From Christensenella sp. UBA1685 (GTDB taxonomy: Bacteria; Bacillota; Clostridia; Christensenellales; CAG-138): a DNA stretch of 64,000 bases. Shown here in pieces: positions 54,078 to 63,159 of this stretch. The position numbers were made by a program, and so were the translations under genes. The stretch lies in NCBI GenBank assembly GCA_002320595.1, contig DCKB01000059.1, positions 687-64,686 of the forward strand. The letters run 5' to 3'. The notes under the pieces are model-generated. The model was given only the letters and a program-made list of their open reading frames with translations. It was not told where the DNA came from and ran no database searches. Within the stretch, counting starts at the first letter, position 1, and every line of letters starts with the position of its first letter.

Positions 54078-55049
54078 TCAGGCTCCGAAATTGTCCTTCA
54101 TTACCCGCAGCGCATTGCCGTGGGTGATGAGATCCACCTCGCGCGCGGTAAAGGCCTTGCTGAGTCCTTCTTCGATCATCGGCATGCCGGCGCAATCCTT
54201 GAACTCCAGCTCGCAGCCGATGCCGTCGAAGTCGGAGCCAAGCGCGACCGTCTCCACGCCTGCCACATCCGCGATGTGGCGCGCATGGCGCACAAGGTCG
54301 GCAACGTGGGTATAGTGCGCGTCATCCACAAGGAAGTCCGCGGAGAAATTAAGGCCTGTCACGCCGCCTTTGTCCGCAAGGGCGCGGAGCATGTCGTCCG
54401 TCAGGTTGCGGTAAATGCCGCAGAGCGCCTTGGCATTGGAATGCGAGGCCACGAACGGCTTCTTTGAATACTTCACCAAATCCCAGAAGCCCGCATCCGA
54501 AAGGTGGGAGGAATCCGCGATGATGCCGAGCTCGTTCATGCGGGCAAGCGCCTCGATGCCGAAGGGCTTGAGCCCTTTCTCCGGTGCGGTTTTGTTCGGG
54601 AACCCCAGGCTGTTTTCGTGGTTCCAGGTGATCGTGATCAGCCGCACGCCCTGTTTGTACATTTCGTCCACGCGCTCGAGCCTGCCTTCAAGCGGCACGC
54701 CGTCCTCCACGGTGAGCATGGCGGACATCTTCCCCGCCGCACGGTTCTTTTCAATGTCCGCGAAGCTCCGCACGGGCGCGATCAGGTCCGTGTTCTTTGC
54801 AAGCTCCGCTTCATAGCACGCAGCCGTCTTTTTAAAATACTCCCAAGGGCCGATTTCCTCTTTTGTGGCCGCATCGTGCGCCGGGGTCGGGATATAGAGC
54901 GCAAAGCATTGCAGCAGGCTCCCGCCCTCCCGCATCCGGAGCAGATCCAGGTGGCAATCATTGCTGCGGAGGTTTTTCGCGCCGCAGCTGCGGTAAACCT
55001 CGCAGGCGAGGGTATCGCAGTGCAAATCAACAAAGCGCATGTTGCTCAT
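54078..55049 (-). CDS. membrane-dipeptidase (M19, renal-dipeptidase-like) family protein
   Basis: Start at MSNMRFVDLHCDT (HxD metal motif). The long N-terminal extension in the track ORF is rejected. The start is uncertain by a few codons. Confidence 0.88.
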   Translation of the reverse strand: MSNMRFVDLHCDTLACEVYRSCGAKNLRSNDCHLDLLRMREGGSLLQCFALYIPTPAHDAATKEEIGPWEYFKKTAACYEAELAKNTDLIAPVRSFADIEKNRAAGKMSAMLTVEDGVPLEGRLERVDEMYKQGVRLITITWNHENSLGFPNKTAPEKGLKPFGIEALARMNELGIIADSSHLSDAGFWDLVKYSKKPFVASHSNAKALCGIYRNLTDDMLRALADKGGVTGLNFSADFLVDDAHYTHVADLVRHARHIADVAGVETVALGSDFDGIGCELEFKDCAGMPMIEEGLSKAFTAREVDLITHGNALRVMKDNFGA

Positions 55050-55077
55050 TTGGGTACGTCCTTTCTTTTGTGTTGTC

Positions 55078-55644
55078 TTATGGATGGAGCGCCGCGCGCA
55101 CGGCGGCGCGGAAATCGTCCATGTTGCGGCCGTGGAACTGCCACCAGTGCTCCGGGTCCATGTGGCCGGAGGCTGTGCCGCGCGCAAAGCCTTCGCGGTG
55201 GCTCACGATTTCGTCCACGGAGATGGTTGGAAATTGGCCGATCAGGAACACGCAAAGCTCCACGGCGTTTTGCCAGATTTGATCGAAGTAGGGCTGTTGT
55301 GCCGCAGCATCGTAACCCACGATGTCAAATTCCGTCCAATATGCCATATGCGGCGGTTCGCAGATTTCAATGCCGATGTGGTCGTTGTTGTCGCTGCCGC
55401 CTGCATGCCAGCCCCGCATATCCCAGGGCAGGTACTGCATCACGCCCGCATCATCCAAAAAGGCATGAACGCATACCTCGCGGCCGTTCTGCTCGCTTGC
55501 AGGCTTGTTCCAAAGATCGAACCAGTCCGCAGCGCGGATGCCGGGTTCCGCCGTGCTGTGGATGGTGATGCCGCGGGGCACGATCGTGCGGCCCGCCTTG
55601 TAACAATCGTTTTCGGTCATCAGTTTTGTGACGATCTTTACCAT
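55078..55644 (-). CDS. N-acetylmuramoyl-L-alanine amidase (Amidase_2/PGRP fold), no signal peptide
   Basis: Start at MVKIVTKL after AGGAGG. ITIHSTAEP...VHAFLDD...WHAGG...IGIEICEP motifs. Confidence 0.85.
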   Translation of the reverse strand: MVKIVTKLMTENDCYKAGRTIVPRGITIHSTAEPGIRAADWFDLWNKPASEQNGREVCVHAFLDDAGVMQYLPWDMRGWHAGGSDNNDHIGIEICEPPHMAYWTEFDIVGYDAAAQQPYFDQIWQNAVELCVFLIGQFPTISVDEIVSHREGFARGTASGHMDPEHWWQFHGRNMDDFRAAVRAALHP

Positions 55645-55722
55645 GTGCGTTCCTCCTGATTGATGTTTGAGTGGAAATACTTTGCCGCTTCCGAACACCT
55701 TTGCGGCGGTTCGGAGAGGAAT

Positions 55723-56643
55723 TTACTTTTGCGGAGCCTCGTTCTTCCTGGCCTGAAACAGATCCGGCGCAAGCTGTGCAAGCAGGATCGCCGCAAACAC
55801 GAGCGCGCAGCCGAGCAGCTCCCGCATCGAAAGCGCCTGCCCGAGCAGCACCCAGCCCGCAAGCACCGCGAACACGCTTTCAAGGCTCATCAGCAGCGAG
55901 GCCATGGTTGGGCTTGTGTTCTTCTGCGCGATGATCTGCAGCGTATAGCCTACACCGGAGGAAAGCACGCCCGCATACAAAATGGGCAGCCATGCGGAAA
56001 GGATATCCGGCAGGCTGGGCTTTTCAAAAAGGAACATGGCCACGGCGCAGAGCAGAGAGCAGGTGAAGAACTGGATGCAGGACATGCGCACGCCGTCCAC
56101 ATATGGGGTGAAGTGGTCGATCACAAGGATATGGATGGAAAAGCAGAACGCACATGCAAGCACGAGCAGATCGCCCTTGCCGATGGAGAATTCCTCCGTA
56201 ATGCAAAGAAGATACATGCCGACAGCCGCGATGAGCACGCTGATCCACACCGCAAGCGGCACCTTCTTTTTGAGAAAGATGCCGAGGATCGGCACGATGA
56301 TGATGTAAAGCGCTGTGATGAAGCCCGCTTTGCCCACTGTGGTATAGCCAATGCCGATCTGCTGGAGCGAGCTTGCCACAAACAGGGCCGCACCGCAGCA
56401 TACGCCGCCCAAAATGAGCTTTTTCTTATCCTGCGGCGGCTTGGGGATGGCAAGGCGCGCATTGCGCCGGTCAAAAAAGAGGATGACGGGCAGAAGCGCT
56501 ATGCCGCCCACAAGCGAGCGCACCGCGTTGAATGTGAAAGAGCCTATTTCATTTCCGGCATGTTGGGCGACGAACGCCACGCCCCAGATGAGGGCGGTCA
56601 GTACAAGGAGAAGGTTGCTTTGCAAGCTTTTTTTGTTGTTCAT
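55723..56643 (-). CDS. DMT superfamily (EamA-like) transporter
   Basis: 306 aa, 10 TM segments, duplicated EamA pattern. Confidence 0.85.
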   Translation of the reverse strand: MNNKKSLQSNLLLVLTALIWGVAFVAQHAGNEIGSFTFNAVRSLVGGIALLPVILFFDRRNARLAIPKPPQDKKKLILGGVCCGAALFVASSLQQIGIGYTTVGKAGFITALYIIIVPILGIFLKKKVPLAVWISVLIAAVGMYLLCITEEFSIGKGDLLVLACAFCFSIHILVIDHFTPYVDGVRMSCIQFFTCSLLCAVAMFLFEKPSLPDILSAWLPILYAGVLSSGVGYTLQIIAQKNTSPTMASLLMSLESVFAVLAGWVLLGQALSMRELLGCALVFAAILLAQLAPDLFQARKNEAPQK

Positions 56644-56688
56644 GCATTGAGGATTCCTTTTTAAAAATAGGGCGTTTTACAAGAAAGT

Positions 56689-56718
56689 ACGCCGCTTGTA
56701 TTGTATCACAAGCGGCGT
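56689..56718 (-). terminator. hairpin downstream of the phosphorylase-family gene
   Basis: ACGCCGCTTGT-N8-ACAAGCGGCGT, an 11-bp stem. Confidence 0.5.
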
Positions 56719-56750
56719 GTTCCCGCAATTCGGGCAGGGAAAATGAGGCG

Positions 56751-57599
56751 TTAAGAATCGGCGTTTTCCACAAAGCAGGAATGAAGGATTCTCGGGAACA
56801 CGGCTGCGCGCACGCGCTTGCGGTAAGCGCGCTCCCCCGCCTCCCGCCCGCCCATGAGCGATTTGTTTTGCAGCGTGTTATCGCTTACGCTGAAGAGCGC
56901 AGCCATGCGGTACCCGGCAAGCTCCGCCGCGCGGAAGGCCGCGGCCGTTTCCATCTCCACAGTGTTGCAGCCAAAAGCGAGGATTTCATCAATGCGGGAA
57001 AACTGGGCGAAGATCGTATCAATGCTGAAGTTGCGCGCCACATGGAAGCCCACACCCTCCTCCCCTGCGATGCGTTCCGCGGTTCGGATGAGCCGCGCGT
57101 TCAGCGCTGCGTCCGGGCATGCCCGCATCCCGAAGGGATCGTTTTGCGCGAGCGTGCCGGGAAGCAGATAGCGGCTTGTGCCGTCGCCACAGACGGAGGA
57201 TTCCGGCACGACGATGTCGCCAAGGCGCATGGCGGGATCCAGCGCGCCCACAGAGCCGATGAACAGGCATGCTTCGCATGCCGTGAGCCCAAGCGCCAGC
57301 GCCACATCCGTGCACACGGGCGCGCCGATGTGCGTTTTGATAAACGTGAGCGGCTCGCCCTGCGGGGGCGCCACCTCCCACACCATGGTTTCCGCGTTGG
57401 GTACGGGGGAAATGTATTCCGCCTGCCCGAAACAGGCGGGATCGAACATGGAAGGCTCCCACCAGGGGGCGAGAACGACATGCCGGCGGATGCGCTCCAC
57501 CGGGACGCCGAGCGTTTCTTCCACCGCGCCCGCAGGCTCAGCGCCATAGCGGGCCATGCCGTCGAGCAGGGTTTGGTACAGGGGGTGGTGCTGCTTCAT
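56751..57599 (-). CDS. nucleoside phosphorylase (PNP_UDP_1) family protein
   Basis: 282 aa. FIGSVGALD and VEMETAAAF motifs of the PNP/UDP/MTAN superfamily. Specificity unknown. Confidence 0.75.
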   Translation of the reverse strand: MKQHHPLYQTLLDGMARYGAEPAGAVEETLGVPVERIRRHVVLAPWWEPSMFDPACFGQAEYISPVPNAETMVWEVAPPQGEPLTFIKTHIGAPVCTDVALALGLTACEACLFIGSVGALDPAMRLGDIVVPESSVCGDGTSRYLLPGTLAQNDPFGMRACPDAALNARLIRTAERIAGEEGVGFHVARNFSIDTIFAQFSRIDEILAFGCNTVEMETAAAFRAAELAGYRMAALFSVSDNTLQNKSLMGGREAGERAYRKRVRAAVFPRILHSCFVENADS

Positions 57600-57616
57600 T
57601 GGGAGGCCTCCTTTTT

Positions 57617-58066
57617 TCAGAGCTTTTTGAACAGCCGCGCGCTCCAGAACTCCATGCCGAGTTCGTCGATGTAAAAATGCAGGATGCGTTTATAAGCTTT
57701 TGTTGCGGTGCTAAGAAAAATATGCGTTATGCCTTCCGCGCGGAGCGTATCCTCCAGATAAGCCATCAACGCGCGGCCAACGCCCCGGCTGCGGTATCCG
57801 GGGCGCACGTAAAGCTCTTCCACTTCAAAATACGGCGTATCGTCCGGAACGACGCTGCGCATGCGCTTGGCAGCTTCGGCTTTGCCGAACAGATAGCCGA
57901 TGATCTCATCCGCTTCGCCATAAGCGGCAAAGCAGCGGTTTTCGCGCAGGAACGGCACATCGTCCGCAACGAAGCCATAAGTGCTGTTTTCAGCTTCCCA
58001 TTCCTTTGAAAGCGCCGCGATCATGCGAAGCGCTTCCTCCGAATTGACCGGTTTAATGTTCGGCAT
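57617..58066 (-). CDS. GNAT family N-acetyltransferase
   Basis: Start at MPNIKPV after AAGGAGG. VRPGYRSRGVGRALM acetyl-CoA-binding motif. Confidence 0.85.
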   Translation of the reverse strand: MPNIKPVNSEEALRMIAALSKEWEAENSTYGFVADDVPFLRENRCFAAYGEADEIIGYLFGKAEAAKRMRSVVPDDTPYFEVEELYVRPGYRSRGVGRALMAYLEDTLRAEGITHIFLSTATKAYKRILHFYIDELGMEFWSARLFKKL

Positions 58067-58151
58067 GTTGCCCTCCTTTGTTGGCGAATGGAGCATGATG
58101 TGCAGGGGCTTGCAGACGGCGCTGCCAAACGGCAGGCGGTTCATGCGGGAA

Positions 58152-58182
58152 CAGGAAGGGCGGCCTTTGGCCGCCCTTCCTG
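58152..58182 (-). terminator. 14-bp-stem hairpin after the acyl-CoA ligase gene
   Basis: CAGGAAGGGCGGCC-TTT-GGCCGCCCTTCCTG. Confidence 0.7.
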
Positions 58183-58189
58183 CAATCGC

Positions 58190-59950
58190 TTATGCCTGCA
58201 CGGATTTCCTGAGTTCTTCTTCTTCCAAAATACGGTAGGCAACCTTGCCCACGAGCGTTTTGGGGAGTTCCGCGCGGAATTCGATGTCATAAGGCATGGC
58301 GTATTTGGCGACATGCTTGCGGCAATAGGCAAGCAGCTCCTGTTTGGTTTCCGCAGATGCTTCAAAGCCGGGCTTGAGCATCACGAACGCCTTCACCTTC
58401 TGCATTTTGAGCGGATCCGGCACGCCGATGACGCAGCTCATGTGCACCGCGTCGTGCGCATCGAGGATGTTCTCAATCTGGGAAGGGTACACGTTGTAAC
58501 CGCTTGTGACGATCATGCGCTTGATGCGCTGGCGGAAATAAATGAAGCCGTCCTCATCCATCTTGCCAAGGTCGCCCGTGTGCACCCAGGTCAGGCTGTC
58601 CGCATGGGTGCGCAGGGTGTTCGCCGTCTCCTCCGGATGGCCAACGTATTCCATCATTACCGTGGGGCCGGAAAGGCAGATTTCGCCTTCTTCGCCGTAT
58701 GGAAGCTCCTCCTCCGTGCCGACGCGGACGATCTTATAGAACGTATCCGGGAACGGGATGCCAATGCTGCCTTCGCGGGACATGTGGTATGGCGTCAGGC
58801 AGCTCGCGGTAACGCACTCGGTCGTGCCGTATCCCTCGCGCACCTCAATGGTGGCTTTGTGTTCCTTAAGGAATTTGTCAAAGCGCTTCTTAAGCTCCAC
58901 GGAAAGCGAATCGCCTCCGGAGAACACGCCCTTCAGGCAGGAAAGGTCAAGATCCTCCAGGCCCGGGATGCGCAGCAATGCTTCATAAAGCGTGGGCACG
59001 CCCGCAATGAAGTTAGGCTTATGCTTCTTCAGCAGCTCGGCATAGGTCTGCGGCGTGAAGCGCGGGATCAGGATGCAGCGGCCGCCGTTCACGAGCATGG
59101 AATGAATGCTGACGCCAAGGCCGAAGCCGTGGAACATGGGCATGATGGCGAGCATCTTGTCGCCCGGCTTGAACATGGGGTTCGTGGCGATGATCTGTGC
59201 GCCGAGGGCATTGAAGTTGAGGTTGGAAAGCAGGATGCCCTTCGTTACGCCCGTGGTACCGCCGCTGTAGAGGATCACCGCGCCATCTTCCGCCTTGCGG
59301 GGGCGGATGTAGTTGCCGCGGAAGCGCTCCCCGTTTTTCAGAAAATCCTTCCAGAACACGACGGGAGCGTTTTTGGGGACGGGCGGGTATTTACGGCCTT
59401 CGGTGAGCTTGTAGCCAAGCTTCATAACGGGACTCAGCGCATCCGCAACGCTTGTGATGATCAGATGAGGCAGATCCACATTCGCGCGGATGGATTCAAA
59501 CTTGCCATAAAACTGATCGAGCGTAATGGCGGCAACGCTGCCGGACTCCCTGATGTAAAACTCGATCTCGCCTTCGCTTGAAAGCGGGTGGATCATGTTG
59601 GCAATGGCGCCGACAAGGTTCACCGCATAAAACATCGCAACCGTCTGCGGCACATTTGGCATGCAGATGGTGACGCGGTCGTTCTCGCGCACGCCCATGG
59701 CCATAAGCGAACGGGCGCAGGCGCGGATTTCCTCCGCCGCTTTTTTATAGGTTGTCTTGCCGCCCATGAAATCCCAGGCGATGTAATCCGGATATTGCTC
59801 CGCGATTTCAAACACGGCCTCAGCCATGGTTTTTCTGGAATAGGTCAGCGTTGCGGGTACGGTGTCATAGAAGCGCAGCCAGGGCGCATGAACGATGCAG
59901 GTTTTGGTTTCGGGGGCGGGGCGCACGGCCGCTGTAGTATAATTGCTCAT
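58190..59950 (-). CDS. AMP-binding acyl-CoA synthetase (long-chain-fatty-acid--CoA ligase-like)
   Basis: 586 aa. YSGGTTGVTKG (A3), GYGTTE (A5) and TGDLG (A7) adenylation motifs. Confidence 0.9.
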   Translation of the reverse strand: MSNYTTAAVRPAPETKTCIVHAPWLRFYDTVPATLTYSRKTMAEAVFEIAEQYPDYIAWDFMGGKTTYKKAAEEIRACARSLMAMGVRENDRVTICMPNVPQTVAMFYAVNLVGAIANMIHPLSSEGEIEFYIRESGSVAAITLDQFYGKFESIRANVDLPHLIITSVADALSPVMKLGYKLTEGRKYPPVPKNAPVVFWKDFLKNGERFRGNYIRPRKAEDGAVILYSGGTTGVTKGILLSNLNFNALGAQIIATNPMFKPGDKMLAIMPMFHGFGLGVSIHSMLVNGGRCILIPRFTPQTYAELLKKHKPNFIAGVPTLYEALLRIPGLEDLDLSCLKGVFSGGDSLSVELKKRFDKFLKEHKATIEVREGYGTTECVTASCLTPYHMSREGSIGIPFPDTFYKIVRVGTEEELPYGEEGEICLSGPTVMMEYVGHPEETANTLRTHADSLTWVHTGDLGKMDEDGFIYFRQRIKRMIVTSGYNVYPSQIENILDAHDAVHMSCVIGVPDPLKMQKVKAFVMLKPGFEASAETKQELLAYCRKHVAKYAMPYDIEFRAELPKTLVGKVAYRILEEEELRKSVQA

Positions 59951-59953
59951 AAA

Positions 59954-60829
59954 TTAAAATTCAACCTCCTGATTGGCGGGAAGCTCCAGCAGTTCCGGGT
60001 TTTGCAGAAGATGCTTCAGGAGCCGGATGGATTTGGAATAATAGTAACCGTCTGCGATGCGCTCATCCAGCGTGATGCCCAGCTTGAGCGTTTCGCGCAT
60101 TTCAACCTTGCCCTCCGCGTCATGATAGGGCATGAGGCGCTTTTCGCCGATCGTTACGAACAGGGAGTTGGTGCCCCAGTTGTTCAGGTGATGATATGCG
60201 GCGTTGAGCTTGATGGAGCCAAGGTTGGAAAGGAAGATCGTGGCATAATTGGGATCGGTCTTGACAAGCGAGAGCGGCACGCGGCCATAATAATCCAGCC
60301 TGTGCAGGATCTTGATTATGATGCGCAGGATCCAGCGCGGGAATTTGAGCAGCATATCCATGCCGTCCGTTGAATTATCGGTGGCATTGGTTTCGCGATA
60401 GGTATGGATTTCCTTGTAAAGCTTCTGATGCACATCGTTGATCGTGTCCTCCGGCGCAAAGTAGAGGAACGCGAGCGATTCATGCGATTCATCGTTGAAT
60501 TGCTTTTTGATGACGAACGATGCCGTTAAGCAGTTGCGCATATACATGCGGTTGCCCTGCACGAAGCGGTTCATGCGTGGGCGCAGCGTAACGGTTTTTA
60601 CAATCGCTGTAAGGATTGCATGGAAAAACGTGTACTTGAATTCGGGGTTTTCGCGGTTTTTCTTCTCGAGGAACGCATTGAGGTTCGTAAGATCAACGTC
60701 CTCCTCGATGAAGGCTTCATTGTCGGCGCGGTTCGGGAACAGGTATGGGGTGAACCCGTGCAGTGCATCGAGGTCACGCAACCAATACCCGTCCCGGCGG
60801 TCGCCATGCCGCCGTTTTCGGGCTTCCAT
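59954..60829 (-). CDS. 2-oxoacid-dehydrogenase E2 / CAT-fold acyltransferase-like protein (stand-alone catalytic domain)
   Basis: Start at MEARKRRHGD after GGAGGA. The C-terminal ITLDERIADGYYYSKSIRLLKHLLQNPELL aligns with the E2 motif DHRxxDG...NPxxLL. The stop lies 3 nt before the ligase ATG. Confidence 0.7.
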   Translation of the reverse strand: MEARKRRHGDRRDGYWLRDLDALHGFTPYLFPNRADNEAFIEEDVDLTNLNAFLEKKNRENPEFKYTFFHAILTAIVKTVTLRPRMNRFVQGNRMYMRNCLTASFVIKKQFNDESHESLAFLYFAPEDTINDVHQKLYKEIHTYRETNATDNSTDGMDMLLKFPRWILRIIIKILHRLDYYGRVPLSLVKTDPNYATIFLSNLGSIKLNAAYHHLNNWGTNSLFVTIGEKRLMPYHDAEGKVEMRETLKLGITLDERIADGYYYSKSIRLLKHLLQNPELLELPANQEVEF

Positions 60830-60947
60830 GTTATGAGTCCTCCATAAAATAAAATATAATACCCTGGCGCTGCCGCCCGTGCGCAGGGAAAGAAAAAAGA
60901 TGATTCCCACGCACATACTATAACATGATGATTATATTCCAAAACGC

Positions 60948-60978
60948 AAAAAAAAGCAAATCCCGCCTTTTGGCGGGA
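60948..60978 (-). terminator. intrinsic terminator after dnaB
   Basis: TCCCGCC-TTTT-GGCGGGA, followed on the minus strand by TTTGCTTTTTTTT. Confidence 0.78.
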
Positions 60979-61027
60979 AAAACTGGGTGTAAAAAAAGGC
61001 GTGCCTTTGGCCGGCAGGCGCCGGGAA

Positions 61028-62386
61028 TCAATACTCTTCCCGGTCCGAACGATCCGTAAACTTGGTGTACTGCTCCAGCCAGGAAAGATAGACCGTGTCC
61101 GTGGGGCCGTTGCGGTGCTTGGCAACGATGACTTCCATCGTGTTGTCGTTCTCCGCTTCAATGTCCCCTGCCTCCGCATAAACGGCCGGGCGGTACAGCA
61201 GCATGATCACATCCGCATCCTGCTCGATGGCGCCCGATTCGCGCAGGTCCGCCATGATAGGCCGGTGCCCGTTGGAGGTGCGCGATTCCGGGCCGCGCGA
61301 AAGCTGAGAAAGCAGGATGATCGGCACGTTCAGCTCGCGCGCAAGGATTTTCAGCGAGCGGGTTACATCGGAAATTTCCGTGGCTCGGTTATCGGAATTG
61401 CCGGCGGTTTTCATGAGCTGCAAGTAGTCGATCACGATGAGATCCAGCCCGCCGCGCGATTTTTGTTTGCGGCAGCGGCTGCGGATCTCCGCAACGGAAA
61501 CGCCCGCCGTATCATCGATGTAAATGTTTGTGGCGGAAAGATCCGCGAGCGCGGTGGAAAGCTCGATAAGATCCGCATCCGTGGTGTTGCCTGTGTTGAC
61601 CCGCTGCATGTCAACGCCTGCGTTTGCGCAGAGCATACGCCGCACAAGCTGTTCGCGGGACATTTCCAGGCTGAAGATGCAGATCGTTGCCCCTTTGAGC
61701 GCGGCGTTCTGCGCAACGTTGAGCGCAAAGGCCGTTTTGCCCATGGAAGGCCGCCCCGCCACGATGATGAGGTCGCTGCGCTGAAGGCCGGAGGTGAGCC
61801 TGTCGAGATCCGTAAAGCCCGTCGTGATGCCGGAGAGCTTCCCTTTGAGCGCCATCAGCTCGCCGATGTGGAAGTAGGTGTCCATCGCTGTCTTTTCGAT
61901 GTGCACAAGCGTATCCTCGGATTTTTTCATCGAAATGTTGAAGATGCGCCGCTCCGCATCGTCCAGCATGTCGCCGACGGGGCGCTCGCCCGTCTGCGCG
62001 TCCTGAACGATGTCCGTGCCCGCGCGGATCAGCTGGCGCATGACGCTGCGGTCCTCCACGATGCGGATGTAATGCGAAACGTTTGCAGCGCTCGGCACAA
62101 ACAGCGACAGCTCCGTAATGTAGCTGACGCTGCCCACGGCATTGAGCTTGCCCTCGCGCTCCAGCGCATCGATGAGGGTGACGCTGTCCACCGCATTGCC
62201 GCGGTTGTAAAGCTGAAGCATGGCGGCATAGATGTCCTGGTGTGCAGGCAGGTAAAAATCCTCGGGCTTGAGCGCCTCGCACACAAGCTCCGCCGCTTCG
62301 CGCGAAATCAGCATGCCGCCAAGCACGCTTTTTTCCGCCTCCAGGCTGTGCGGCAGCATCCGTGCCGTTGCTTGTCGTTGTTCCAT
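61028..62386 (-). CDS. dnaB: replicative DNA helicase
   Basis: Start at MEQRQATARMLPHSLEAEKSVLG. Walker A GRPSMGKTAF and IVIDYLQLM. The N-terminal extension in the track ORF lies in repeat DNA and is rejected. Confidence 0.95.
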   Translation of the reverse strand: MEQRQATARMLPHSLEAEKSVLGGMLISREAAELVCEALKPEDFYLPAHQDIYAAMLQLYNRGNAVDSVTLIDALEREGKLNAVGSVSYITELSLFVPSAANVSHYIRIVEDRSVMRQLIRAGTDIVQDAQTGERPVGDMLDDAERRIFNISMKKSEDTLVHIEKTAMDTYFHIGELMALKGKLSGITTGFTDLDRLTSGLQRSDLIIVAGRPSMGKTAFALNVAQNAALKGATICIFSLEMSREQLVRRMLCANAGVDMQRVNTGNTTDADLIELSTALADLSATNIYIDDTAGVSVAEIRSRCRKQKSRGGLDLIVIDYLQLMKTAGNSDNRATEISDVTRSLKILARELNVPIILLSQLSRGPESRTSNGHRPIMADLRESGAIEQDADVIMLLYRPAVYAEAGDIEAENDNTMEVIVAKHRNGPTDTVYLSWLEQYTKFTDRSDREEY

Positions 62387-62419
62387 GGGAAATCCTTTCG
62401 TCCGGATAAAAGTGAGTGT

Positions 62420-62565
62420 GGGCGGAGCCGAGCGAGAGCAGTGCGGGATGCAGCGAGGCGGAAGCCCAGTAAGCAAGGGAGTGCAAGGAAGCCGCTCCCG
62501 CGGCAACGCAGCGCGACCATTGCGCATTGTGGACAATACGCGCGGCCTTTGCGGGGGATTGCCGC
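62420..62565 (-). repeat. composite repeat element, inverted short copy (R1 + 3' module)
   Basis: The reverse complement matches 38766-38850 and 38912-38959 with only a handful of mismatches. Lies in the rplI-dnaB spacer. Confidence 0.9.
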
Positions 62566-62703
62566 ATCAGCACAGCCTTGCCGGAGGTTGCCGTATCCCT
62601 GCGGGAATAAGAACAAGCCTCAGCCGCCTGCGGCGACAGCTCCTTTCGGAAAGGAGCCTGATGGCTTATCGTTCCTCCCAGAGCTCCCTTTCACGTTTCG
62701 GCA

Positions 62704-63159
62704 TTAGTCCTTCTGCGCTGCCAGCACCTCAACGCTGAACTTCGCATCGGTGTTTTCGTACATGTGCGCTGTAACCTTGACGATGCCAAGGCTCTTGATG
62801 GGCTCCTCCAAGCGGATTTTTTTCTTATCCACCTCAATGTCATGCTGCTGCTTGAGCGCATCCGCAATTTCGGCCACGCCGATGGAGCCGAATAGCTTGC
62901 CGTTTTCGCCTGCCTTTGCATATACTTTTACGGTCAGGCCGCTCATTTCGTCCGCGAGCTCCTTTGCACGCTGGCGCTGCATATCAAGGCGGTGCTTGTC
63001 CGCGCCCTTTTTGACCAGAGCGGCGTTGATGCTGTTGGCATCCGCAGGGATCGCAAGCCCCTTGGGGAGAAGGAAGTTGCGCGCGTAGCCATCGCTCACG
63101 TTGGCGATCTCGCCCGCTTTGCCGGTTCCCTTCACGTCTTTCTGTAAAATCACTTTCAT
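62704..63159 (-). CDS. rplI: 50S ribosomal protein L9
   Basis: 151 aa. [36 protein letters not shown] is canonical L9. Confidence 0.96.
   Translation of the reverse strand: MKVILQKDVKGTGKAGEIANVSDGYARNFLLPKGLAIPADANSINAALVKKGADKHRLDMQRQRAKELADEMSGLTVKVYAKAGENGKLFGSIGVAEIADALKQQHDIEVDKKKIRLEEPIKSLGIVKVTAHMYENTDAKFSVEVLAAQKD

Noticed and set aside
62387-62536. 50-codon N-terminal extension of dnaB in the ORF track (MSTMRNGRAALPRERLPC...).
   Set aside because: The extension is encoded entirely by the inverted repeat element. DnaB homology begins at MEQRQ...LPHSLEAEKSVLG, which has its own AAAGGA RBS.
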